From Aplysia californica (Eukaryota): a stretch of DNA of 64,000 bases. The translations under genes and the position numbers were made by a program. Below, piece by piece: positions 1 through 13,800 of this stretch. Each line of letters begins with the position of its first letter. The stretch's first letter is position 1. The DNA lies in contig NW_004797416.1 of the NCBI RefSeq assembly GCF_000002075.1, positions 258,178 to 322,177 on the forward strand, read 5' to 3'. Under the pieces are notes generated by a model. That model saw only the letters and a program-made list of their open reading frames with translations, made no database searches and was not told the origin of the DNA.

Positions 1-31
<31 letters not shown>

Positions 32-175
32 ATTCATGTTTTATTTTTTCTATGTTGCTGAATAAATGTATTTGTTGTTGATGTTATTCTTCCCCTCCTC
101 CTCTTCTTCTTCCTCCTACTTCCTCCTCTTCCTCGTCCTCCTACTTCCTCGTCCTCTTCCTCGTCCTCCTACTTC
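1..175. repeat. (AG)n and (TCC)n-type microsatellites
   Basis: Direct reading: 1-28 and about 92-175. Confidence 0.9.
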
Positions 176-214
176 CAATCATTATCATTACATGCCTGCT
201 GATGATATCAACAG

Positions 215-460
215 AAACTTTCTCTGAAGACACCACGGCCGGTGGGTCCGAGCAGGATGCGGCAGCGGCAGACTCTACAAAGACACAGGCACGACACACC
301 CCTGTGTCCCCCAATCGGGCTCGTTTCGAAGCTGCAGAGAAAGAAAATGCTCGTCTGTTTGTGCAGTGTCTGCGGCAGATAGCGCCCGACCTGGTGAAGT
401 CCCTCAGTGTCTGGGAGGTGGATGACCTCATTCAGGACCTGTCCTCTAGATTCTGTGCCA
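215..460 (+). CDS. ARFGEF3: BIG3 exon
   Basis: cag|...|gtaagt, phase 1-1, [10 protein letters not shown]...[14 protein letters not shown]. Confidence 0.82.
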
Positions 461-3400
461 GTAAGTGGATTATGACTAAAGTTTAGTACTCTGGTAGATT
501 CAGTTTTTAACTGTTTTGATTTTTGAAAATCAATAATAGAATTTTCATTGGTTTCGTGCCAACATTTCCTTTTTGAAATTGTATTTTATTTTTCTTTATT
601 GCTGTTAGCGATTGGTTGGCCATTTGGTGGTGTCTGCTCTTTGAATTTTTTTTTTTCAGTGTTCCTGTTATCAGTACTTCTTACTGGCAAAGTGAAATGG
701 TGATAGCACTCACTCACATGAAACTATACCCTTTTAGTGTTTGTTAACACATTTGTTGGAAGGCTGGCAAACATGACTTTAAAGAGTCCTTCATTCGGTA
801 GTATGCATCTGCATCAGTGGGGTGATGTTTTGGCTCTTTGCTGTTCCGAACAAAATACACAAATTTGTTTTCTGTCCGAGAAGTCTGCTTTATTTAGTAT
901 CTCCATCTTTCTAATGGGATGCTGTATCCCACTCAGCCCAGGTTGGCCCTGAGAGGCATGGTCAAAGAGTAATCTTCCTCCTAACTGATCTAAATAGTGT
1001 CGATGGTGGTGTAAAATGTTTACAGGCAATTAGGTGGTATGGTCCACCAACCAGTTTTGAATCTTGCTATGTGGGATGGTTTACAGAAGCTTCACGTGTA
1101 TTGTAAATTTATTTTTTAAAGATAAATTATTGTGTCTTTTATTTCCCCTTTTTTTCTCTTTCATGAGTTGATACCATCTCAAGGTTGGTGTGTAATACGG
1201 GATGCCCACTACGGATGGGATCGCATGACTCGGTTGCCGTAAAAACAAACAGTGGGCACCCCGTATAAGAATCGGCCTTCCTTCCACCCTCCCTCTCTTC
1301 CTTCATTTGCCCCTCTCCACACATCCCTCCCATTCTTTATTCCTTCCTACCCACCCTCTTTCCCTCCCTTCATACCTCCTTCCCTCCCTTCTTTTTTTCT
1401 TCCTTCCCTCACTTCCCGTTTTAAAAATATACCCCAAAAATGGCTAGGTTCACCCTGTCCTTCCCTCTTCAAACAAGAACTGACATGGAAGTGACAATGT
1501 GAATCAACACTTTTATCTTCATGCTGCAGGTATTCCTCATCAGACCACAGTCAAGTCAACAGCGGAGGGCATGGGTGGGGCTGTGGTGCTCAATGCAGAT
1601 GGCGTTTATGTAGCGGCCATTGCTGCACTGAAGCTGAGTCTCCGACTGATCAACTGTGGTTACTATGACAACAAGAGAGCTGTGCTGGTTCCTATCACTG
1701 AGGTGAGTCGAGGTTGATGAAAATATTTGGGATGTTGTGTGGCTTGATGGTCCAAAAGGCTAGAGGAGCAGTTGCTGTTTCAGATTAAAAAAAAAAAAAT
1801 TGCAGTTCTTTTTGGAAATAATAAAATAAAATTGTTCATTTTAATTGTTTCATTTTCTTCCACTGTCTCTTAGTTTTGGTCTCCATCTGTCTTGATCTCT
1901 GTGTTTTCATTGTGAGGCAGGGGAAAATCATACTTAACTTTATTGATACTTTTGTTTCTCCTTTCACAAAGCTACTGCAGGGTGGTTGAGGGGGAGTTCA
2001 TGGTAGGTCCTGCTTCTTTTCTCTCCTTGCTGTTTTTGTCTGTTTAGTATCCTGCTCTGTCTCAGTGTGTAATGGCCTGGTTGTAATGATTGTTTATGTA
2101 TTATGCCCTTCTCGACACTCTGGTCCAGTCTGTCGGTCTGTTGTTTCTTTTCTCCCCCAACATTCCTCCAGCCAATCCAACGGTCTCCTTTTCCAACCTT
2201 TTTTCGAACCCATGTTCCAGTGAGCAAGTGTGCTAAGTGCAATACCATGCTTGTACATTATTTGTTCTACTTTAAGTCTGTGTGCAACAATAGTCTCCTT
2301 TTCTTGATGATTTTTTTGTTTTGTTTTACCATACATCTCTATTATATCTGGTACGGGCAGGGGTATTTTTTAGCATCTGGTTGTTCGAGGAGTTACCAAA
2401 ACTCTTTACCCATCTGGCTCAACAGTAAAGGATGAAGTGTGTAGGGGGGGGGGNNNNNNNNNNNNNNNNNNNNNNNNNNNNNNNNNNNNNNNNNNNNNNN
2501 NNNNNNNNNNNNNNNNNNNNNNNNNNNNNNNNNNNNNNNNNNNNNNNNNNNNNGCATCCATCTCTAATGTTCTTTCAGTATTGTAAAGGACATAACACGT
2601 ATCCTTTTCTTATCTCTTTCAGGCGGATTTTCTAAATGAGATGTTCAGCTCTGGTTTGCTGTTGTACCTTCCACCAGTTTGGTTGAAGGAAGTGTACGCT
2701 CAAGTCCTGGGTTCGAGCCTCATCTGTTCACCTTCCCCATTGTGCTCCTCCCCATCACACAGACAGGACATGAACCACTTGGTGCACTTCATACAGGGTG
2801 AGCACAGGACTCTGCACCAAAGATTTCCTCTCCTTTAGATTGCAATTTTCAATGTGAATAATGAAACAGCATATTATTGAATGATGATAATAGTAATAAT
2901 AAATAACATTTATGCTGCTCATTTCCATCTTCTTAAAATTGCTCAATGCTCATTTCTTTAATAAAAATATCGCATCTTAAAAATTAATGGACATGTGTGT
3001 ACGTAAAACATACTATTATCCATATATATGTATAAAAAATTCTATTAGAAAGGAAATTCGAAAAGCTTTCTTTCTTAGCTATTGAAATCATTTTGGAAAT
3101 GAAATAAAAATGTAACGGATTGCATAGATGTTTTAAAACATTCATGGACCAAATAAAAAGAATTCAACGAGTGCTCAATTTATCGGGGGTTTTTTGTTTG
3201 TTTTTTTCTTTCTCAGACCTGGAGGGATCTGGGTCGACAGAGGTCAGCAGTCGTTTGACCTCTGAGTACAGAGAGGAGTTGGACTTTGATACTGACGGGG
3301 AGGAGCCAGATCAGAGCTGGAGGGTAGAGGCAGGTCAGTGGGAGGGGCATACTGGGTCCTTGTTTTCTTTGGTCAATGCTGGCTGCAGAGAGGGCAAAGA

Positions 3401-6400
3401 TCGAATGCTCATTGCAAGACTCTGTCTTACATCACTTTTCAAAATGACATATGATGGAGCCTTACACTAAGCAGTTGGGATATTTGTGTCTTTAATCTTG
3501 GTGCCTTTTTAATCCCTTTACTGCTTGGCTTGAGACTGTTTTTGAACTCTTTAGTAGAAGCAGTATAAAGGAGGTCTGGCAGTAGTAACGGTGAATAACG
3601 TAGTAAAGCAATGGTAGAGTGTGTTCATGGAGAATAATCCATACCCAAAGTCTGTTCAAAAGTCTATCTTGGCTGTCAATATTGTATTTTGTGCAACAGG
3701 CACTTGTGGTGTAGTGGTTAGGTGTTTGACCAGTGCAGGCAAAAGATATGAGTTTGATTCCCAGATGGGGAAATTCTTTATAGAGTATCTCCATCACTCT
3801 GCTGGAATAATGTATCCCTCTCAGCCGAGGTTGGCTGGAGATGCAACTCACCTGATGGTGTGAAAGCCCTGATGAGATATTGTTTCTGTCATAATGAGAG
3901 TGAGCAGTTCTACTTTATCCTGTTTTTCAGGTTAAGTTAGAAATTCTGAGTCTATCATTTTTGTGTACGACATCAAACTTACACTTGTTTGATGTTTACT
4001 TTGATGCACAGTTTCCCTATATTTCATGCTTTGTTCTTCCTTCTTTGCTATTTTGTTGTCAGCCTTTGAAATTATAGAATTGTATCCTATCTGGCTAGAA
4101 ATTCTTACAAAAATGTCTCAGTGATGACATGACCAAATTGTGTTGATATTGGATAAAATAAGATAAGATACATCTTTATTGTCCAGATCCTGGCACATTG
4201 GTTTGGTGTTTCACTATGTACATACACACATGCACACATGCACCCATGCACGCACGCACATACACACAAGCATGCACACACACGCAGGCTTACAGTCCCA
4301 TGCATAATGTAAATTAACAGCAATATAAACAATAATAATGTTAAGCTCAGTTCAGTATTCTGATTGTAACTTGAGAACATAATATACTCTAACTGATCAA
4401 CTGACTAACCAAAGACAATCTGCACCAGGTAAAGCCCTTGCTGCGGATGTGTTGTCAGGATGCTGGGCTCAGGTGTTGGACATCCTGTCTGTGATGCTGA
4501 ACGAGCAGGGGGGAGCACCGGGGGGTGGAGGTCGCTACAGCCTCTCCTTGCTGTTGGCCACCGATAGTGCCAGAGAGGACGTTCGTCGAGCCCGCAGCGC
4601 CATCTGCACCAGCCTCAACGGGCTTCAGAAAGCTGCTAAGCTGTGTTGTGTGCTCGGTAAGTGTCATTTCTTATACTTTTGTTTTTTGTTTTAGTATGAG
4701 TTTTACTGCACTTGCAACACAATTAGGTCATATAAGTGCCGAATATTAGAGGTGTTACTAGATAGTTACATACAAATTAAAGAAGTAGGAGAGAGATAGA
4801 TGATAGATGTTTGATAAGAAAGGAGAATTAGGCCACACCAGAGTACCTGTCAGCCACCCCCATTTTCTTATTTAGATATTAGACTGAAATTCGGTAATGA
4901 AACTGATTCTTTGCCTTGTTGATTCCTTGAGCATGGGTCTATACCAGTGTTTGCCAACCTGGGCAGTATCGCCCACTAGTTTGTGAACTGATAGTTTAGG
5001 TAGGCAAAGGGGATCACTTTGGTAGTTGACAGGGGTTTTATAATGCCTCGTTTGGAAATACACGTAGGTGGGTGGTATGAAAATGTTACATATGTATAGG
5101 TAGCAAAAGTGTGCGCTGGCTGTAAAAAGTACACAAGCACTGATCTGTGCAAAGGAGTCTCTGAATGAGAAGCACCACGAGGGTTAATCTGTGTAAGCCT
5201 TTCATTCCTCAGGAAGTGCGTCGCTGGTTTATTTATGTCCTTGACATAAAAAACTCAAGATCATAGAATGTATACTTACAGAAACTTTGTCCAACTATTT
5301 GTGGTTGCTTTTAAAAATAAATATGTAACGAGTACCCAAGTATTTTTTTCTTTCGAAAACTTTTCTTAGTGGTGCTATTGGCCGATACGTTGACCCAATT
5401 TGCCTTTGTACTACGATCAGTCCCTTTGTCCTCGGGTCAGTCACTGTGTTTCAATTACAGCAAGTCTTTCATATAATTGCATTAGCATCAGCAGAGGTTT
5501 AGCATCATGTTTGTTCCGGATTTCTAGATATTATTACCATGTTCCCTCCCTTTTTTTCCTATACCTTAATGATCTTTCATTTTTCTATATAGTAACTATT
5601 TTGAGGTAAAGTGCCAATGGTTTTGATTCTGATATTTTGGGAAGGGTATATTGTCTTAACACTGATTCCTGAATAATCTGTATGAAAATATGGCTGAAAG
5701 GTGAAGTGTTTTAAGTTTCTCAGGCTTCTTCCCCTGTCTTCTATCCTGTCTCTACATCTCATTCATCTCACACTAAATTACTTCCACTTGCCTGAATGTA
5801 GCACAGTGACTAGTTTTCTTATCACATCTCAAACCTAATGACCTCAACTAATCTGACCATTTTTTCTGCACTTCTTTGACTATGTCACCATAACTGATCT
5901 GAGTTTTTTTACCTCGACTTGTCTATGTCACCTTTACATATCCATTCATTTTCCCATAAATTAGCTGACCATATTGCTCCGACTTGTCAGACTCTTTTTG
6001 CCTTATTTTCTATGGTGGTTTTTCCACTCTAGATCATATCTCCTCAACTTATCTGATGGTTTTATGTCGACTTTCTGACTGGTTTTGCTTCAAATTGTGA
6101 GGTGGTTTCGCCTCAGCAGACCCTACCTCCTCAACTGATTTTATGGTTTTACATGGACTTACATGGACTGACAGATGTTTTTGTTTCCTCAACTTGTCTG
6201 TTCATTTCCACTCCCAGGTCTTCAGCAGCTGTGTGGTAGTGCTTTTTCCCAGCTAGCCCGCACTTCTTGTATGAAGGAGGACTTTCGGGTCACAGCAGCC
6301 ACCGAGGTCAGAGGTCAGACCAAGGGGTCAGTGCTGAGCAGTGGCAAACCCAAGCTGGTCAGACTCCATGCAGCCCATGTGCTCAGCATGGACGTTGTCA

Positions 6401-9400
6401 TGACAACAGGACTGGAGATGGCCAGCCATGCAGCTGACTGTTGGAAACATGTATTCAGGTGAAATGTTCGAGATGGTTTTTTAACAAATAATTTTTTCTT
6501 TTGGACAAAGGTTGGTTGAGTTTTTTACACATGCTAAAGATCAAGTCCTTGTTGATGCAAGCATTTTAGCGCTCACATTTTGACAAAGGGATGAAAACTC
6601 TTTGGAGACTTTTATAGTGATTAAAAATATGCTGAGTTTTTGACAGTCTATTTTACTGAGATGATAGCACAACTTTTCTCAGTTGAAAGCACCATTTCGT
6701 CAGTAAAACTATAGGTTGGTGAACAATGTTTCTGAAATTTATAGACTTTTATATTTTCGCCCATGAGGAACTCTGTCTTGTTGATCTTAATCTACTGTCA
6801 CTGTTGTAACAGCTCAGAGTTCTGGGAAGATGATTCTGATAATGCGAATAATAATAGTTTACTGTGTTTGTGTATTTCAAACACTGTCAATGTAGGAAAA
6901 TTATCCGCCTTCATCATTCTGGGTTAGTATTTTTGGGGTGAGTTTTTTACCTACTAAAATGGACTTATTATAAACTCGTCTTACCCCTGTATATTGGTCC
7001 AAATGTCTCATTCTGCGGTTTTTCTCCTGCCTGCAGGTGCTGTGCCCACATTTCGGAGCTGGAGCACACATACTTCAGCCAGGGCAACAACCAGTCCAGT
7101 CTGCCCAAGGTCATGCCAGGAGCCCAAGGAGCCTTGGTTCTAGACAGAGACGGTGCGGAAGCTGACGGGTAAGCCTCAGGGCCTTAGTCTCTGATTCTTG
7201 ATTGCCATTTTAGCGGCATATTTGGTTCCATGTTTTTGCAGCTCCCTACTTAAGTGGCGTTTTTGAGGTACTGATTTTGTCAACCCCAAGATCTACACAT
7301 GGCTCTGTGCTATACTTACTATCTATTTTCACCCATATTGTGATTCTCTGTCCAACTACAAGTATTTTAAATGCTCACACACAAAAAAGAACCCATCCAT
7401 GTTTGACTAAATTATAGCAGTTCTAAGGTAAAGGCCTTCACCATCTCAAATTGGGTGCATAAAATTGTGGAATCTCTTGCATAGCGAAATAATTTAAAAA
7501 GTATATTATGGAAAGAGCTCTTTTAACTGTACATTTGTCAACTTTGCTTTGATTGTGTTTTATGCTTTTTATGTGCTGAATAAAGCGCGTAAATACTGAT
7601 TTCTAGGCACTTTAACACTTTGAAGATGTAATTTTAATCAAGATACGTCTTCAAAAGACATGTTTTCATTGCTGGTTTATGAGAAAAAAATTATTTATCA
7701 GACTGACTCAGTTTTCTTCTATCTCATTTTAGTTGCCTTAGTATAGTACTGTTACTCAATTCCATTGTCCTCTTAGTATTAAGAATATCATGCCAACCCT
7801 CTCCCCATCTAATCGCTGTTTAATTTTCTATGTGTTGTTACAAGATTCCACTGTCCTCTAAGTGTTACGTAGTCATGCCCTCGCCATCTTCAATCTCAGC
7901 GTAATTGTCTGTGTCAGGAGCTGTGATACAGACCTGTACTCTGCCCCCGTCCTGGCTGCCGTACCTGTGGCCCCTCGGATCAATGTGGCAGCCCTAATAG
8001 AACAAAGCAGTCTAGAGTCTGGCTGGGACAACTCACTGGAGGCAGGAGGGGTGCTCACCTTTGCTCAGGCCTCTAAAGCACTATGTGGCCTCTCCCAAGA
8101 GGTGGACAGGTCAGTTGGCTTTGTTGTAATTTACATCCCTGTACAGGGCTTACATCCGTCTTGGGATTAGGCCCCTTTTAAATTCACATTATTATTGTTA
8201 TTATTATTGTTCTTTAATCATTATTATTCTTATTGTTATTATTGTATTATTATCATATTCATTATCTTCATTATTATTATTTTTATTATTATTATTATAA
8301 TTATTCTTGTTTTAAATTAAGTCGATAGTGCTGTAAAACACCTAATCAATCGATCATATTCTTGTTTTTTAATCATTATTGTTATTATTGTTATTATTAT
8401 CATATTCCTTATCTTCATTATTATTATTTTTATTATGATGATGGTGATGATGCTGATAATTATTCTTATTGTTGTTATTGTTAATATTATTATTATTATC
8501 ATCATTCTTTTTCTTCTTCTTCTTCTTCTTATTGTCAAAATTGTTGTTGTTGTTGTTGTTGTTATTATTATCATAATGATGATGATGAGTAACGGTGTTG
8601 ACCTGTGTGTGTTTTGTCAGCTTGTTTGAGGATGCGGCCAACCAGCTGTGCCTGGACGCTCTCCTGGGTTTCCTGAGGGAGCTGGGTGACGCAAGCATCA
8701 CTCAACTCCAGAGGCTGGGAGGTGGCGCTGGCGCTGGGGTGGGAGGAGCGGTCAGCGTAGGGTCGTCTCGCCCGCCGACCAACGCCCTGCACCTGTACCG
8801 GCTGCAGCAGGTGCTGGTGCGTGTGGTCAACAGCTCCCGGCCGCTGCTGCATCTGCTGCGAGTGTGGAGTGTGGTCTCCCCTTACCTGGTGCAGGTCAGT
8901 GGTCTGCGTGTGGAGGTGTAGATGGAGTGAGATAAGGACACGTTTGTTGTTGCCCCGCCTGAGGAGATGAGAATTTAAAATTTTAAAAAATAAAAATGTC
9001 TGCTTTTTGCTGCTGTTGAAGGTTTAAATATATTTATGACAGAAACAATTCATACTTGATATAGATGAAAGTAATATTTTTTTATATTTCNNNNNNNNNN
9101 NNNNNNNNNNNNNNNNNNNNNNNNNNNNNNNNNNNNNNNNNNNNNNNNNNNNNNNNNNNNNNNNNNNNNNNNNNNNNNNNNNNNNNNNNNNNNNNNNNNN
9201 NNNNNNNNNNNNNNNNNNNNNNNNNNNNNNNNNNNNNNNNNNNNNNNNNNNNNNNNNNNNNNNNNNNNNNNNNNNNNNNNNNNNNNNNNNNNNNNNNNNN
9301 NNNNNNNNNNNNNNNNNNNNNNNNNNNNNNNNNNNNNNNNNNNNNNNNNNNNNNNNNNNNNNNNNNNNNNNNNNNNNNNNNNNNNNNNNNNNNNNNNNNN

Positions 9401-10776
9401 GCACTCCCACACACAGACACACACACGCACACACTCACACACACACACACTCACACACACACTTTAAAAAACTTTCAAGTGTTGTATACACAGTTACACC
9501 CCTATATTGACTTCTTGTTAAAGAAAACCCAAACTCAAATGTTCACCTTCTTTTTGTTGTCTTACTTGGGCTAAGTGGCCTAACTGTGCTTATTTTAGTC
9601 CCTGAGTTCTTCATTTTCTTGCTAAATCTCTTTATGATGTATGTTATCTTAATGTTCTAATGTTTAGTTCTTACAAGAAAAATAGACATTACATTGCTTC
9701 AGCTAGGCAAGGGTTTGTGAGAATCGTATCTATGCATGTGTTTTTTTTCTTTTCATCCCCTTAGGTATGGATATTTTATGTGAACAATTTTCTAGTAAGC
9801 TTCATAATGCTATGCTTCATTCTCATTCCATTCTTTTAAATCAGCAACATTCCAACTGATAGTTGGAGATATTGGATTGAAAAAAACCCCACAGCTTCCC
9901 TACTCTATAATTGAACTCATGTCTTCTGGAAGCAACCGCTAAGAGCCTAACCACTGTACCACAGATGCCAGTAACCTTTTGTTGGCAAAAGACTGCTGTT
10001 ATTGAGCAGTCTGGGCAGAAATACAAATTCTTCAATAAAAATTTTGTTTTGTGTGCAGGCAACTGGCAATGCAGACCATGTGATCTCCAAGATGGCGGTG
10101 ACGTCGATCCATGAGTTCATTGTGTCGCTGGTGAGCCAGCGGGAGGAGCGACCGCACTTCCACGTGAATGAGTTCCTGTGTAAAACGTTTGAGGACATGC
10201 TCTGTCTGGAGCTTTGTGATGGGGATGTGCANNNNNNNNNNNNNNNNNNNNNNNNNNNNNNNNNNNNNNNNNNNNNNNNNNNNNNNNNNNNNNNNNNNNN
10301 NNNNNNNNNNNNNNNNNNNNNNNNNNNNNNNNNNNNNNNNNNNNNNNNNNNNNNNNNNNNNNNNNNNNNNNNNGGGTGTACGTCATGTACATTGTGTATG
10401 CGTATGTGTGTGTGTGTACGTCATGTACATTGTGTATGCGTATGTGTGTGTGTGTACGTCATGTACATTGTGTATGCGTATATGTGTGTGTGTACTTATG
10501 CACATGTGCGTGTATATGTTTGTGTGCGCTTGTGTGTACTTGTGTGTACTTGTGCATTAGCGTGTGATTGGATGTGTGTGCATGTACATGTATAATATGT
10601 GTGTGTTTGTTTGTATTTGTGTGTGTTTGATATATGTATGCATGTGTGCTTGTGTATGTGAGTTGGCAGGGATGAGTTTGTCTTTGTTTTTATCGTGTTT
10701 GCATGCATAAGTATATTTGTGAATTGTGTATGTCTGTGAGTGAATGAGTATGTTGTGTTGTGTATTTGTAAATATT

Positions 10777-10816
<40 letters not shown>

Positions 10817-13800
10817 TGTGNNNNNNNNNNNNNNNNNNNNNNNNNNNNNNNNNNNNNNNNNNNNNNNNNNNNNNNNNNNNNNNNNNNNNNNNNNNNNNNN
10901 NNNNNNNNNNNNNNNNNNNNNNNNNNNNNNNNNNNNNNNNNNNNNNNNNNNNNNNNNNNNNNNNNNNNNNNNNNNNNNNNNNNNNNNNNNNNNNNNNNNN
11001 NNNNNNNNNNNNNNNNNNNNNNNNNNNNNNNNNNNNNNNNNNNNNNNNNNNNNNNNNNNNNNNNNNNNNNNNNNNNNNNNNNNNNNNNNNNNNNNNNNNN
11101 NNNNNNNNNNNNNNNNNNNNNNNNNNNNNNNNNNNNNNNNNNNNNNNNNNNNNNNNNNNNNNNNNNNNNNNNNNNNNNNNNNNNNNNNNNNNNNNNNNNN
11201 NNNNNNNNNNNNNNNNNNNNNNNNNNNNNNNNNNNNNNNNNNNNNNNNNNNNNNNNNNNNNNNNNNNNNNNNNNNNNNNNNNNNNNNNNNNNNNNNNNNN
11301 NNNNNNNNNNNNNNNNNNNNNNNNNNNNNNNNNNNNNNNNNNNNNNNNNNNNNNNNNNNNNNNNNNNNNNNNNNNNNNNNNNNNNNNNNNNNNNNNNNNN
11401 NNNNNNCAAATGTTATTATTTATAATTTCAATTATTTTCATTGAAATCTATTGTCCTCATATGTTAAGTCTCTTTAACGCCATATTGTTTGTGTCTTTTA
11501 ATTGTGTTTTAGTTTGCAATATGAACTTTGTAAATTTTTAGTTATTTTTACAAAATTCCAAGGCGTCCCTGGCCTTGAATGCACCAGATTTTTCCCTTCT
11601 GTACAGTGTCATAAAGTCGTTGTTTGAAGTGTTTTTCAATGTTTGTGTGGTACATCACTTAAATGAAAAAGCAAACTGGTGATTGCATAGTTCCCTGTAT
11701 GCTTTACTTAGGTGTAGTAGAAGTTGGAGAAACAAAAAATTAACTCGTTCTGTAGAACTACGTAGTCTTATTTTATTGCATCCATGACTTCAGTGATACT
11801 GTGTGTGGCTCTGAGCTTTTGAAGAGTTAAAAATTAGTTACTTTTGTCTATATGCTGTCTACACTTTTTCACTTTCCCCTCACCAGCGACTTTTGACAGC
11901 GACGTCTCAGAAGACAGATCCGAGTCTGGTAGTGACGATGAATATACTGATGGGGAAGGTGAGCTGGAGGGACTGTGTGTACCAGCGCTGCGCTACCTGA
12001 CCCAGGTGTGTGACATTCTGGCCTCTATGTGGCAGATGCCAGCCTGTCCAGTCTTCAAGGGAGCTCACAGGTGAGAAGGAAGCCGGATGTTCTACACAGC
12101 TTTGTCTATATTAGGAGAAAGTGTGGTTGTTTTAGACATGTAGATGCTTTACACAGGGTCATTATAATGTGAAAACGCCTCGGAGTGGAAATAGAAAGTG
12201 GCTGTTTGTACAGGTGCTTATCTTATACAGGTGGCCAATAGAGTGGGTTCTTTCAATTATGTGACGGCTGCATATGGCCTCACATTATAAAAAGATTAAT
12301 ACTTGAAAGAAAGACAAAACACTGCTGCTCTCTTGCATACCTGCCGCTGAACTGGTTTATTTAGTTTAGTTTACACTGAAATCTTGTGTGTATTCAAAAA
12401 AGACAATGTGTGACGTATCAAGAAGGGGAAATAATTGTGATATTAAAGAATCGTTCTTTCAACATTCGCAACATAGTTCATTCCTTTTTTTACATTTCAT
12501 ACATCAGACACAAACATTACAAATTACATGTGCAGTATATACTGTAGCGTTTACTTTCTACCTTCTTTTTTGTCCACATGCTTTTCTCTAACTACTGGGG
12601 AAAGTGTGACATTCATCCAAAATAGGTTGCTCTTGTCTGGGTTGCTGATAAGTGAACACCGCTGTACTCATTTTTATTGCAATAGCAATATTTGCTATCA
12701 GGCTTATAAATGTACCGATATTGTAATGGCCGTTTATTGTTAGACGATTGTTTTGTCAAGCTATACCAATACTCTAGTGAAAATGTTTGTTATTTTCAGG
12801 ATTCAAGTTGACACAGCTGCACGTCTTGTGAGTCCTGAAATTTCCAACATGAACTTCAAGCTTTTTGCGGAAGAGTTTGCTCTGGACAAGCACAAGCCTC
12901 AGAGCGAGCCGGAAGCCGGCGACGTGAAGAATGTACCGTCTGGCAAACTGGAGGGTGCAACAAATATAGCAGCGGGCCTGGACCAGAGCGGCGATAGGTC
13001 TACCTCACTTCCTGCGTCCAGTCCTCCACAAAACAAAGTTGTAGTGTCAGAAACTGTGGAGAAAGAGACAGCTGAGCCTGCTGAGGACTCTGACCGACCT
13101 GAATGTGTGTTGGAGCATTCTGAAGATTGTCAATCTCAAGACGTCAAAACAAGTGATTCCGAGGTTTCTGATGCTGACGTTGAGGTGAAAGCTGCAGCTG
13201 ATCAAGAACAAATTAGGCCTATGCCAGTAGACTCGGGTGAGGCAAATGATATATCTAGTAGTTCGAAAACTTGCCCTGTCATATCATCTGATAGTGAAAC
13301 AGAGCCAGTAACAGATGCCAAAATGAAAGTTCAACGACCTTCCACACTGTGTGACCCAGACAGTGGCTGTGGCCCAGGGTTGTCTGCCCCCACAGGGCCC
13401 AGCTCAAACCCCACCCTCAATTCTCATCTCTCAGAGGAGGTGGCATCTGGTGACTGCCAGGAAGTTTGTGGCATGTACCGGTCACTAGATGAGATGGACG
13501 GCTCATCTGGAGTACTGCATGTCTGGTTTTTACTTCTGGATGGTTTGGTGTCTGCCATAAACCACTGCCCCAAAGCATTTCAGTCGCACACTCTCAACAC
13601 TCTAATAGATCTCCTGAGGTCGTCTTCCAAAGTACCAGGTAAGTGACAACCTGCCTTGACAAAAGTCGCAATTGTATATATATATATATATGATGTCAGA
13701 TCTGTTTTGTGTTGAGAATACCTATTTAAAAACTGGTGTGTGCGCACGTCCAAAAAAATTAAAAANNNNNNNNNNNNNNNNNNNNNNNNNNNNNNNNNNN

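Noticed and set aside
1972-2002. Possible cassette exon in the intron between 1702 and 2623
   Set aside because: In-frame TGA and weak sites; the flanking exons already join in phase
5820-6200. Degenerate recurring ctcaact...tggtttt units upstream of a BIG3 exon
   Set aside because: Too decayed to define a period by eye; probably an old minisatellite
8317-8701. ORFs with poly-I/T/N/K/H tracts
   Set aside because: Translations of an intronic trinucleotide microsatellite
10376-10495. Regularly spaced 38-bp repeat resembling a CRISPR array
   Set aside because: Head-to-tail minisatellite with no unique spacers, in a eukaryotic intron
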